A stretch of 60,141 nucleotides of DNA from positions 1-60,141 of the IMG/VR virus record IMGVR_UViG_3300017767_000010, one strand, 5' to 3'. Below, one piece after another: positions 9,098 to 19,257 of the stretch. A model generated the notes under the pieces. The model saw nothing but the letters and a program-made list of their open reading frames with translations, was not told where the DNA came from and ran no database searches. The stretch's first letter is position 1, and the number at the start of each line of letters is the position of its first letter. A program made the translations under genes and the position numbers. Source of the stretch: a virus (lineage: Duplodnaviria > Caudoviricetes).

Positions 9098-9595
9098 ATA
9101 AAAGCACGAATAGAATCAGGCAAAATTATAAAATATCCTACTTTACCAAATTCATTTAAAAGTGGAGGTGTAGTTGTTGAAAATTTTAGCAAAGCAAGTA
9201 ATGATGTTTTAGAATCTTATGGTTTTTATGATATAGTTATTCCAACCTATGATAGCAAAACAGAATATATACATAATTTACGTACTGTTGACGATTATAA
9301 AGATTCGGAAGGTAATACTAAAACGGTTTTTACTTATGATGTAAGTGAAAAAACTTTCACTGAATCTCTTGTTGAATTAAAAAAAATTAAAATACAACAA
9401 TTAAAATCTTTAGCTAATCAAAAATTACAACCAACAGATTGGTATATAATTAGAAAAATAGAAAAAGGATCATCTATCCCAGATAATATACAAACACAAA
9501 GAAATAACATAAAAAGTCAGGTAGATACTCAAGAAGCATCTATTAATTCTAAAACAAATAAATTAGATGTGTTTAACTTTGAAATAAATTTATAA
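9098..9595 (+). CDS. putative tail fibre assembly chaperone, ATA start
   Basis: 165 stop-free codons exactly filling the gap: IKARIESGKIIKYP...LQPTDWYIIRKIEKGSSIP; no in-frame ATG; absent from ORF track. Confidence 0.8.
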   Translation: MKARIESGKIIKYPTLPNSFKSGGVVVENFSKASNDVLESYGFYDIVIPTYDSKTEYIHNLRTVDDYKDSEGNTKTVFTYDVSEKTFTESLVELKKIKIQQLKSLANQKLQPTDWYIIRKIEKGSSIPDNIQTQRNNIKSQVDTQEASINSKTNKLDVFNFEINL

Positions 9596-12397
9596 ATGTC
9601 TTTAGGGAAAAAAATATTTCATCAAAATCCAGCAGCAACAGGCGATGTAGATGCAGCGCAAGGGCTAGTTATACATGTGGATGCTAATGATGAGGATAGC
9701 ATTGAAAGCGGAGGTGCTAATACAGGTGCAGGAAGTGGTACTTGGTTTGATATAGCTAACCACAATTTAAATGTACCTTTAGCGGATAAAGCAGATAATT
9801 TACAATTACATCTTAATGCAAGTGATACAACTTCCTATGGGGGTAGTGGCTCAACTTGGACAGATATAAGTGGAAATTCAAGAAACGGTACAATCAATGG
9901 TGGTGTTGAAAGCACTTATACAACAGATCTAAGAGGAAGTTTTGATTTAGTAAAAAACTCCGGAGATTATTTTGAAATTCCACATCATAATGATATTAGT
10001 CCTAGTTCAAACGGGGTAACTTTTGAATCATGGGTAACACCTGATAATATAAACACTACTAACAATATTTTTTATATTGGTAATGATTCAGGTTATGGAG
10101 AATTTTCAGGAGGTACAAATAATGCTACAGCTTTTATTACTACAATGACTTCAAGTGCTTATGTAAATAATGTAGCTACAGGTAATGTTATAACAGCTGG
10201 AAAATTACATCATATTGTTTTTACAATGAGTAATGTAACAAATCCTGTAGTTAATATATATGTTGATGGTACATTATCAGTAACAAACACAGGTTCAGGT
10301 ACAGTAATTGATACCAATGGAAATTTAAAAATAGGTAGATACACAACAGGAAATGCAAATGATTTTGATGGTAAAATACATGCAATAAGAGTTTATAATA
10401 CAGTACTTACAGCATCAGAAGTAGCACAAAACTTTAGAGCAGGTAATTTTTTAAGCTATAGTTCTTTAGTTACTTCTAAAGACCAAGCAAATCCAGGTTC
10501 ATTATATACAAGTAATTTAGCATTTCATTTAGATGCAAATGGTCATTCAGGTACATATTGGACTGATAGTGCTAGTAGTATTAATGGTACAATTAGTGGA
10601 GCAACCTATGTTAACGATAATAATTCAGATTATTTTACTTTTGATGGAAGTAATGACACTGTAACTTTTCCAGCTTCTGATACTTCACCTGTAAATTTTT
10701 CAAGTGAAACTCATACAATAGAATTTTGGGTAAATTTTAATAATTTAGCTGATGATGATGTAATAGTAGGAAAATTTGGTGGTAGCAATACTTTAAAATC
10801 TTTTCAAATACAAGTATCAAATAGTAATAAAATAACAGTATTAGAAAGAGATGGCAGCTCAAATAATACTTTTGAAACTACCGGCACATTTTCAAATGGG
10901 ACTTGGGCACATTTTACATATGTAAGGTCAGCATCTCAAGTAATATTATATATAAATGGTGCATTAGACGCTACACATTCTGCATCAAATGCTATAAATG
11001 CAGGTTCTACTCAAGACATAACAATAGGTAATCAAGCCGGTGCAAGTGTTTATTTTGATGGTAAATTAGCTCAGGTAAGAATTTATAGTTCTACTTTAAA
11101 TTCTTCACAAGTAAAAACTAATTACAATGCTACTAAAGCATTATATCAAAATCCTACTTTGCAAATGAATCTATTAGGTTCAGCATATACAAGTGGTACA
11201 ACTTGGAGTGATTCAGCTAATAGTAATGATGGCACAATATCAAACGGAAGTGCTTCTTTTGATAAAGAACTAGGTAATTTTTTAGTCTTTGACGGCAGTC
11301 CAAGATTAACTGTTCCAATGTTTTCAGCATTATCGACTGCCACCATTTTTTCTATAGAATTATGGTTTAAATCATCCACAGCAACAAGTGATGGAATGAT
11401 AATGAATGTTTATAATGGGGCTGGTACTACTGAAAGTAAATTTAGTTTAAGTTGGAACGGTAATAAATTTAGATGGGTAGTATACGGTGGTTCAAATAAT
11501 GGTTACGATGCGTCCCAGGATTTATTTACTACAAATACCTTTTCAACAAATACTTGGCTTCATGTAGTTGCAACGTATAGCTATGACTCTGAAATGAAAA
11601 TATATGTAAATGGAGTTTTAGAAGGTGCAGAAGGAGATCCTGATCACGGAGTAAGTACAAATTCAAGTACACAAATTAGATGGAGTGATAGAAGTGATGG
11701 ATATGGTGTAGATACACAAATAGGAGAAACTCGTATTTATACTGGTGTACTTACACAAGCACAAGTAGCACAAAACTATTTAGCTAAAAAGAATGATTAT
11801 CCTAATGGATTTAATTTTTCAATTAATAGCGCTACTTTTTCAACAAATTCAAGTCCAGCATACAACTATTTTCGTTCTGATGCTGCTGCTGAAAAACTTA
11901 CATCTGGTACTGTGGATATTGACATAAGTATGGGTATGACTGTTTCCGTATGGTTAAGAAGACACGCTACAACAGGGACATATCAGCAACAGTTTAGAAT
12001 GACAGGAGATGGCTTTACATCTTATTTATTTATGATTGCTGGAAATGGAGATACAAGGTATTTTTATTCCGATGGTACAGGAAATGTAATTAATACAGCA
12101 GCAGGTTTTGGAGATTGGACAACGGATTGGATAAATATAATTCACGTGAGAGAAGCAAATGGAGCAGGTACAACTAACAACAGGGGAGAAATATATTTAA
12201 ACGGAGTTTCTGGACATACACAAACTGATTTAACAGCAGCAACAAATATCACAAGCATTGGGTTTGGAAATAATTTGACTTCAAGTAGAGTTGACAATGT
12301 TGATTCCGGTATGTTAAAACTATTTCAAAGACCATTTTCTGATGCAGAAGCATTAGCTGAATTTAACGCAACAAAAGCAACGTTTGGTATATCATAA
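9596..12397 (+). CDS. LamG/concanavalin A-like multidomain tail or receptor-binding protein
   Basis: 933 aa; repeated LHLDA...WTD...IYVDG...FDGKI..RVYN.VLT..EV units. Confidence 0.85.
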   Translation: MSLGKKIFHQNPAATGDVDAAQGLVIHVDANDEDSIESGGANTGAGSGTWFDIANHNLNVPLADKADNLQLHLNASDTTSYGGSGSTWTDISGNSRNGTINGGVESTYTTDLRGSFDLVKNSGDYFEIPHHNDISPSSNGVTFESWVTPDNINTTNNIFYIGNDSGYGEFSGGTNNATAFITTMTSSAYVNNVATGNVITAGKLHHIVFTMSNVTNPVVNIYVDGTLSVTNTGSGTVIDTNGNLKIGRYTTGNANDFDGKIHAIRVYNTVLTASEVAQNFRAGNFLSYSSLVTSKDQANPGSLYTSNLAFHLDANGHSGTYWTDSASSINGTISGATYVNDNNSDYFTFDGSNDTVTFPASDTSPVNFSSETHTIEFWVNFNNLADDDVIVGKFGGSNTLKSFQIQVSNSNKITVLERDGSSNNTFETTGTFSNGTWAHFTYVRSASQVILYINGALDATHSASNAINAGSTQDITIGNQAGASVYFDGKLAQVRIYSSTLNSSQVKTNYNATKALYQNPTLQMNLLGSAYTSGTTWSDSANSNDGTISNGSASFDKELGNFLVFDGSPRLTVPMFSALSTATIFSIELWFKSSTATSDGMIMNVYNGAGTTESKFSLSWNGNKFRWVVYGGSNNGYDASQDLFTTNTFSTNTWLHVVATYSYDSEMKIYVNGVLEGAEGDPDHGVSTNSSTQIRWSDRSDGYGVDTQIGETRIYTGVLTQAQVAQNYLAKKNDYPNGFNFSINSATFSTNSSPAYNYFRSDAAAEKLTSGTVDIDISMGMTVSVWLRRHATTGTYQQQFRMTGDGFTSYLFMIAGNGDTRYFYSDGTGNVINTAAGFGDWTTDWINIIHVREANGAGTTNNRGEIYLNGVSGHTQTDLTAATNITSIGFGNNLTSSRVDNVDSGMLKLFQRPFSDAEALAEFNATKATFGIS

Positions 12398-12414
12398 AAT
12401 TTTAATTAAATAAT

Positions 12415-12825
12415 ATGAAAAAAAAATTTAAAGACACTGCAGTTGGAAAGTTTTTATTAAATAAAATTCCAGCTGTAGTAGGGTCAATAGCTAGCGGTAC
12501 ACCAGCTGGCGGTATCATAGAGGCTATAATAGGTAGTAGTGAGATGTCTCAAGGCGATAAAGAAATTGCTTTGGAAAAACTAAAACTTGAAAGAGCTGAA
12601 ATAGATGGGACAACAGAAAGATGGGTTGCAGATGCAAACTCGGGAGCATGGCTTGCGGCTAATGTTCGTCCTTTAGTATTAATATTTTTAACAGTAAGCT
12701 ATGTAATTGGGTGGTACTTAAGTTATCCACTTGATTCAATAACCGGTTTATTAACAATAGTAATCGGAGGCTATTTCGGATCACGAGGTGTGGAGAAAGT
12801 CTTTGGAAACAAAATGCACAAATAA
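12415..12825 (+). CDS. holin (3TM, GTA-holin-like)
   Basis: WLAANVRPL...YFGSRGVEK with hydrophobic helices, upstream of the endolysin. Confidence 0.75.
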   Translation: MKKKFKDTAVGKFLLNKIPAVVGSIASGTPAGGIIEAIIGSSEMSQGDKEIALEKLKLERAEIDGTTERWVADANSGAWLAANVRPLVLIFLTVSYVIGWYLSYPLDSITGLLTIVIGGYFGSRGVEKVFGNKMHK

Positions 12826-12826
12826 A

Positions 12827-12976
12827 ATGCAAGACTTAAGAATTTATGGTATAAGTTTAGGTGGATTCACCTTTTCTATAATGCCAGATATAAATCCGCT
12901 GCTACAAACAGTAGTATTAGTATTAACTATAATATATACCATTATAGGTATAAAAAATAAATTAAATCAAAAATAA
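12827..12976 (+). CDS. small membrane protein in the lysis cassette
   Basis: MQDLRIYG...LLQTVVLVLTIIYTIIGIK; ATG at 12827. Confidence 0.65.
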   Translation: MQDLRIYGISLGGFTFSIMPDINPLLQTVVLVLTIIYTIIGIKNKLNQK

Positions 12977-12977
12977 A

Positions 12978-13328
12978 ATGCCTTTAAAATATTTTAATGA
13001 ATCTGAATTTAATGAATTTAAATTGATGAATAAAAAACTTCTTAGTATGTTAGATAACTTGCGAGAAGTATATGGTTCACCATTAAAAATAACATCAAGT
13101 TATAGAAGCCCTGATCATCCAATAGAAGCAAAGAAAAAAGCGCCAGGCGAACACGCATACGGTAATGCTGTTGATATTGCAAGTGTAGGTGGTGAGGCAA
13201 CATTTAAATTAGTTAAAGCTGCTATGGAAGTTGGCTTTACAAGAATAGGTGTAAGTAGAAAAAATAATTTTGTCCATGTAGGTATTGGTTATCCCGATGC
13301 TCCTAAAATAACTCTTTGGACGTATTAA
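12978..13328 (+). CDS. endolysin, peptidase M15A
   Basis: ITSSYRS...H..G.AVDI...FVH zinc-ligand pattern. Confidence 0.88.
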   Translation: MPLKYFNESEFNEFKLMNKKLLSMLDNLREVYGSPLKITSSYRSPDHPIEAKKKAPGEHAYGNAVDIASVGGEATFKLVKAAMEVGFTRIGVSRKNNFVHVGIGYPDAPKITLWTY

Positions 13329-13340
13329 ATAAAATTTAAA

Positions 13341-13601
13341 GTGGAACAATTCTTAATTGAATTTATTGTAATTATAGCAATATTTTTTGTGTTAAAAATA
13401 TTTTGGAATGCTAGATTAAAATTCTGGCTAGGTAATTTTGTAATAGGAATGAATGTATTTGCATGCATATTGTATTTATACGGTTTCTATAGTAATGTTA
13501 TGCCTTATGGTGATGCATTTAGTAAAGTACTATTACATTCCGTTGTAGCTATAATTATACATACACTTTTTAGTTTAGATGAAAAAAAGAAAATTAAATG
13601 A
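13341..13601 (+). CDS. three-TM membrane protein
   Basis: 86 aa, three hydrophobic segments, GTG start. Confidence 0.65.
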   Translation: MEQFLIEFIVIIAIFFVLKIFWNARLKFWLGNFVIGMNVFACILYLYGFYSNVMPYGDAFSKVLLHSVVAIIIHTLFSLDEKKKIK

Positions 13602-13816
13602 AATTAATAAGAAAAATATCAATTGGCCAAGACTATAAAAACGAAGCTATGCATTATTCTGTAGGGCAAGAGGTTTATGGTGGGCATACAATATGTGATA
13701 TATTTGAAAAAGATAATGGCTATCATATATACATAGAAAAAGATAGTAATCAGATACCATGGAAACATTTTAATACAAATATGGCTGTTTCTGTAGAATA
13801 CAATTTAGATTATTAA
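13598..13816 (+). CDS. conserved hypothetical protein
   Basis: IRKISIG.DYKNEAMHYSVGQEVYGG; coupled to neighbours. Confidence 0.8.
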   Translation: MKLIRKISIGQDYKNEAMHYSVGQEVYGGHTICDIFEKDNGYHIYIEKDSNQIPWKHFNTNMAVSVEYNLDY

Positions 13817-14412
13817 TGAAATCACTTTACAATTATATTATATATACTGATAGCAGATACGACAATAAAAAATACATAGATGGCAAAGAACTAATAATTA
13901 ATTCTGAATTATCTGAAAGAGATTATAAGTTTGTTAATAGAATAGGTACAGTTAAAAGCATACCTATAAATTATAAAACAAGAATAAAACCAGGTGATAA
14001 AGTAATTGTTAATCACAATGTATTTAGAAGATGGATTGATGTTAGGGGTAAAGAAAAAAATTCATCATCATATATTGATGAAAATATTTATTCCGTTAGT
14101 CCAGAACAAGTGTATGCATACAAAAATAATGGTGAATGGAAATGTCCTGACAAATATTGTTTTGTTAAACCATTACCACAAGATTTTAAATGGAGTCTTT
14201 TAAAAGAAAAAGAATTAGTTGGTGAGCTTGTATATAATAATAAGCTTTTAAGTTCGTTAAACGTGTCCGTAGGCGATATAGTGGGCTTTACACCAGATTC
14301 CGAATATGAGTTTAATATTGAGGATCAAAAATTATATAGAATTTTATCACATCATATAACAATCAACTATGGACGTAAAAAAAACAAGAGAGAGACTACT
14401 CAAAGCTGCTGA
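13816..14412 (+). CDS. tandem GroES-like protein
   Basis: Two GroES-like halves: GTVKSIP..IKPGDKVIV and FVKP...GELVY...VGDIVGF...EF.IEDQKLYRI. Confidence 0.6.
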   Translation: MKSLYNYIIYTDSRYDNKKYIDGKELIINSELSERDYKFVNRIGTVKSIPINYKTRIKPGDKVIVNHNVFRRWIDVRGKEKNSSSYIDENIYSVSPEQVYAYKNNGEWKCPDKYCFVKPLPQDFKWSLLKEKELVGELVYNNKLLSSLNVSVGDIVGFTPDSEYEFNIEDQKLYRILSHHITINYGRKKNKRETTQSC

Positions 14413-14626
14413 AAACTCTATAGAAGAGTTAATAAAAGTTATGAATAAAAAAATGGATCCAGAAGAATTAGATCCTGAAAAAGTAAAAATATCAGCATCA
14501 GCCTATAGATTAGCTATGGAAGACGCTATAGCTATGATGGCTAAAGTAGAAGAACTTAACAGTGTAGGAAAAGAAGACAACCCTAAAAAACAAGAATTCT
14601 TCGGTGTAGAAGATCGTATTAAATAA
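14369..14626 (+). CDS. putative terminase small subunit
   Basis: 85-aa helical protein directly upstream of and coupled to terL. Confidence 0.5.
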   Translation: MDVKKTRERLLKAAENSIEELIKVMNKKMDPEELDPEKVKISASAYRLAMEDAIAMMAKVEELNSVGKEDNPKKQEFFGVEDRIK

Positions 14627-16866
14627 TGTATAATCAAACCTTATATAAGATACACACCGAACATTTATCATCTAAATTAGTTAAAAATAATAATAGATAT
14701 AAAAAATTCGAGTACGGTTATAATAAAGATTTAGATTGTGTTGTTATAAGTAAAGACGGTACAATAGGTGAAATATATGAAATACAAGGATTAAAAATTG
14801 CACTTCCTTTAATACCTAAAGAAATTAATGGTAAAGAATTAAAAAAAGAAGATCAAGTATTTATTCAAACACCTAAACCAGCTACACTTAAAAAAATAAA
14901 AAGTATATATAATTTTAAGTCGTATAATGAGGATATAAAAGAAAAGTATTATGAATATATTAACAAGGAGTTTGATTTTCGTTCTGATGGTTACTGGTTC
15001 ATGTGCAACGGTGAGCCATGTTACCTCACCGGCTCCCATTATATATACCTCAATTGGACAAAGATCGATGTGGGTTCACCCGATTTTAGACACGCAAACA
15101 GATTATTTTTTTATTTCTGGGAGGCGTGCAAGGCGGATTATAGGTGTTATGGAATGTGCTACCTCAAGAACAGACGGTCTGGTTTCTCCTTTATGGCGAG
15201 TTCGGAAGTTGTCAACGTGGCAACTGTTACCAGAGATGCAAGATTTGGGATACTTTCAAAGACTGGAGGAGACGCGAAGAAGATGTTCACGGATAAGGTT
15301 GTCCCAATTTCCACGAACTACCCATTCTTTTTTAAACCAATACAGGATGGCATGGAGAGGCCAAAGACAGAATTATCGTATAAGGTACCATCGAGAAGGC
15401 TCACAAGAAAGACGATACAAGCAACCACCTCAACCACCGAAGAGAGTGATCAAATGGGACTTGACACCACCATCGACTGGAAGAATACAGGTGACAATTC
15501 CTACGACGGGGAGAAACTACAGATCCTCGTCCATGATGAATCGGGCAAGTGGGAGAAGCCGGACAACATTCTCAATAACTGGAGGGTCACAAAGACGTGT
15601 CTCCGTCTCGGTTCGAAGATAGTTGGTAAATGTATGATGGGATCTACATCTAATGCGTTAGACAAAGGTGGTAGTAATTTTAAAAAAATTTATAATGACT
15701 CAGATCTCACAAAGAAAAAAAGAAATCGCAATGGGCAGACTGCTAGTGGATTATATGCTTTGTTCATTCCTATGGAATGGAACTTCGAAGGATTCATTAA
15801 CAAATTTGGTTTTCCTGTCTTCGACACTCCGGAAACTCCGGCTGAAGGAATTGACAGGGAGCTTATCTACAACGGAGTTATCGATCATTGGGAGAATGAA
15901 GCAGATGGGCTCAAAGATAATGCCGATGCTTTAAACGAATATTATAGACAGTTTCCTAGAACTGAAAAACATGCATTTAGAGATGAAACAAAAGAATCAA
16001 TATTTAATTTATCAAGGATATATGAACAGATAGATTTTAATGAAGAAATGGTTGCATCAGGATATGTAACAAGAGGTTCTTTTCAATGGAAGAATGGTGT
16101 TAAAAATACTAAAGTACAATTTTATCCTAATCCTGAAGGAAAATTTAGAATATCTTGGATTCTTCCAACGGATATGCAGAATAATATAGAAATTAAAAAT
16201 GGAATTAAATATCCAGGTAATAAAGCTTATGGTGCTTTTGGTTGTGATAGCTACGATATAAGTGGAACAACAGATGGTGGCGGTTCAAATGGATCGCTAC
16301 ACGGATTAACAAGTTTTTCGTTATCACCAGATGTTCCTAAGTCACAATTTTTTTTAGAATATATTGCAAGACCACAAACAGCTGAAATGTTTTTTGAAGA
16401 TGTATTAATGGCTATTATATTTTATGGTATGCCAATACTTGCAGAAAATAATAAGCCTAGATTATTATATCATTTAAAAAGAAGAGGTTATAGAGGATTC
16501 TCTATGAATCGACCAGATAAAGCTAGAAATAAATTATCTGTAACAGAAAAAGAATTAGGTGGAATTCCTAATACATCAGAAGATATAAAACAAGCACATG
16601 CGTCTGCTATAGAATCCTATATAGAAAACAATGTAGGCATAACAGATGAAGAACATGGTAGAATGTATTTTCAAAGAACACTTGAAGATTGGTCTAAGTT
16701 TAATATTAACAATAGAACAAAGTTTGATGCTTCAATAAGTAGTGGTTTAGCTATAATGGCTTGCCAAAGACATTTATATGCTCCAAGAGCAGAAAGACAA
16801 ACAAGAAAGATAGATTTTGGATTTTCTAAATATAATAATTCAGGATTAAAAAGTAAAATATTATAA
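14626..16866 (+). CDS. terL: terminase large subunit
   Basis: Walker A-like KNRRSGFS, Walker B LVHDESGK, nuclease GCDSYD, ENNK and FDASI motifs. Confidence 0.93.
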   Translation: MYNQTLYKIHTEHLSSKLVKNNNRYKKFEYGYNKDLDCVVISKDGTIGEIYEIQGLKIALPLIPKEINGKELKKEDQVFIQTPKPATLKKIKSIYNFKSYNEDIKEKYYEYINKEFDFRSDGYWFMCNGEPCYLTGSHYIYLNWTKIDVGSPDFRHANRLFFYFWEACKADYRCYGMCYLKNRRSGFSFMASSEVVNVATVTRDARFGILSKTGGDAKKMFTDKVVPISTNYPFFFKPIQDGMERPKTELSYKVPSRRLTRKTIQATTSTTEESDQMGLDTTIDWKNTGDNSYDGEKLQILVHDESGKWEKPDNILNNWRVTKTCLRLGSKIVGKCMMGSTSNALDKGGSNFKKIYNDSDLTKKKRNRNGQTASGLYALFIPMEWNFEGFINKFGFPVFDTPETPAEGIDRELIYNGVIDHWENEADGLKDNADALNEYYRQFPRTEKHAFRDETKESIFNLSRIYEQIDFNEEMVASGYVTRGSFQWKNGVKNTKVQFYPNPEGKFRISWILPTDMQNNIEIKNGIKYPGNKAYGAFGCDSYDISGTTDGGGSNGSLHGLTSFSLSPDVPKSQFFLEYIARPQTAEMFFEDVLMAIIFYGMPILAENNKPRLLYHLKRRGYRGFSMNRPDKARNKLSVTEKELGGIPNTSEDIKQAHASAIESYIENNVGITDEEHGRMYFQRTLEDWSKFNINNRTKFDASISSGLAIMACQRHLYAPRAERQTRKIDFGFSKYNNSGLKSKIL
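14951..15622 (+). CDS. candidate nested lipoprotein-like ORF in the +1 frame of terL
   Basis: 223 stop-free codons; MNILTRSLIFVLMVTGSC N-terminus; matches a GC-rich patch. Confidence 0.45.
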   Translation: MNILTRSLIFVLMVTGSCATVSHVTSPAPIIYTSIGQRSMWVHPILDTQTDYFFISGRRARRIIGVMECATSRTDGLVSPLWRVRKLSTWQLLPEMQDLGYFQRLEETRRRCSRIRLSQFPRTTHSFLNQYRMAWRGQRQNYRIRYHREGSQERRYKQPPQPPKRVIKWDLTPPSTGRIQVTIPTTGRNYRSSSMMNRASGRSRTTFSITGGSQRRVSVSVRR

Positions 16867-16868
16867 TA

Positions 16869-19229
16869 ATGGCAGAAGCTACAGGATATACAACTCAATT
16901 TCCCAGCCAATCGGTTGATGACGCTACAAAAAATAGCGAAAAATACGGAATGGAAGTGGCAAGAGGTATAAAAAATGAGTGGTTTAGAAAGAGTGCCGGT
17001 ACAGGTAGATTCCTTCAAAACCAACGAGAATTCCATAGACTAAAATTATATGCTAGAGGTGAACAATCAACACAAAAATATAAAGATGAATTTTCTATAA
17101 ATGGTGATTTATCTTATTTAAATCTTGATTGGAAACCCGTACCTATAATTCCAAAATTTGTTGATATAGTTGTAAATGGTATGCAAGATAGATTGTTTAC
17201 AATTAAAACATTTGCACAAGATCCTTCGTCTACAAAGAAAAGAACTGATTTTGTAGAAATGATGCAGGAGGACATGAATACAAAAGATTTTATAGAGAAT
17301 ATAGATCAACAACTAGGTATTAATGTACAAAATTTTAAAAATAAAGAAATACCTGATTCAGATGAAGAATTAGAGCTTCATATGCAGCTTAATTATAAAC
17401 AAACTATTGAGCTTGCTCATGAACAAGCTATTGATAATGTATTTAAAAGAAATAATTATTATGAACTTAAAAAACGTTTAGATTATGACCAAACTGTCTT
17501 GGGTATATCTTGCGCTAAGCATACTTTTAATAATACTGATGGTATTAAACTCGAATACGTAGATCCAGCTAATTTAGTATATTCATATACAGAAGATCCA
17601 AATTTTCAAGATGTATATTACTTTGGAGAAATAAAACAAATAAAATCTAACGAACTTAAAAAACAATTTCCTGGATTATCAGATGAAGAATTTGAAGATT
17701 GTATAAAAAAATCTGGTAAAACTAATCAATACGATTATACTAATAATGATTCTGAAGATTCATATGATTCTAATACATTAACAGTATTATATTTTAATTG
17801 GAAATCTTGGGAAAAAAGTGTTTTTAAAATAAAAGAAACATCTTCTGGCGCTAAAAAAGCAATTAAAAAAGACGATAATTTTAATCCGCCTAAAGATCAA
17901 AGAACAAGATTTGAAAGAGTAGCACAAGCAAGAGAAGTTATATATGAGGGTGTTATGGTTTTAGGTGCTAATAAACTTTTAAAATAGGAAAAAGCACAAA
18001 ATATGGTTCGTCCTGATTCTAACGTGAATACTGTTATGATGAATTATATTGTTAGCTCACCTAGATTTTACAAAGGTAAAATTGAAAGCTTAGTTAGCAG
18101 GATGGTTACTTATGCTGATCTTATTCAACTAACACATTTAAAATTACAACAAGTAATACAAAGAATGACACCTTCCGGTGTATTTGTAGATGCAGACGGG
18201 TTATCTGAAATAGATTTAGGTAATGGTACAAATTATAATCCACAAGAAGCATTAAATTTATATTTTCAAACAGGATCTATTATTGGGCGTTCTATGACTG
18301 TGGATGGTGATATGAATCCTGGTAAAGTACCTATTCAAGAATTACCAGGTGGTGGTGGTCAACAATCTACACTTTTAATTCAATCATATAATTATTATTT
18401 AAATATGATAAGAGATGTGACCGGGTTAAATGAAGCTAGAGATGGTTCTGATCCAGATCCTCATGCTTTAGTTGGTGTACAAAAACTAGCAGCTGCTAAT
18501 TCAAACACAGCTACAAGGCATATATTAAATAGTTCTATGTATATAACAAGTGAACTTGCGGAGGCTATTTCTATAAGAATAAAAGATGTACTTACGTATC
18601 ATCCTCAAAGAGATGTGTTTATTAAAAGTTTAGGTAGATTTACTGTGGGAGCATTGAAAGAATTAGAAAATGTACATATGCATGATTTTGGTGTATTTAT
18701 TGAATTAGATCCTGATGAAGATGAAAAACAATTAGTTGAAAATAATATACAAGCTGCTTTATCAAGAGACCAAATACAACTAGAAGATGTAATAGATATT
18801 AGAGCAATTAAAAATATTAAATTAGCTAATCAACTATTAAAATTTAGAAGAGTAAAAAAAGCTACATTTGATCAAATAAAAGCAGAAAGAAATATTGCTG
18901 CTCAATCAGAAGCTAATGCAAAAGCGGCTCAGGCCGCTGAGATGGCAAAGGCACAATCTGAAAATATGAAAGTGCAAGCTAAAGTAAAACTTAGTGAAGC
19001 ACAGAAAAATTTTGATATTCAAAAACTTCAAAGTGAAGCTAGTGCTAAAAAAGAACTTATGCAATTTGAGTTTGATTTGAATATGAAATTAAAAAGAATG
19101 GAATTAGATTCAAAAGAAAAAGTAGAACTTAGTAAACCTATTAGAAGTGCAAAGCCTAATAAAGCATTTGAGTCTAAAGGTAATGACGTTCTAGGGGGGT
19201 TAGATCTTTCAAGATTTGAACCTAAATAA
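16869..19229 (+). CDS. portal protein, interrupted by one in-frame TAG at 17985-17987
   Basis: ORFs 16869-17987 and 18003-19229 share a frame, joined by TAG GAA AAA GCA CAA AAT; position after terL; LDWKPVPIIPKFVDIVVNG and RDVTGLNEARDG motifs. Confidence 0.88.
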
Positions 19230-19257
19230 ATTTTAAATTATTATATATTATTAAATT

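Noticed and set aside
14006-14203. +1 ORF inside the GroES-like gene
   Set aside because: Short, no ATG start, no compositional shift and no recognisable motif.
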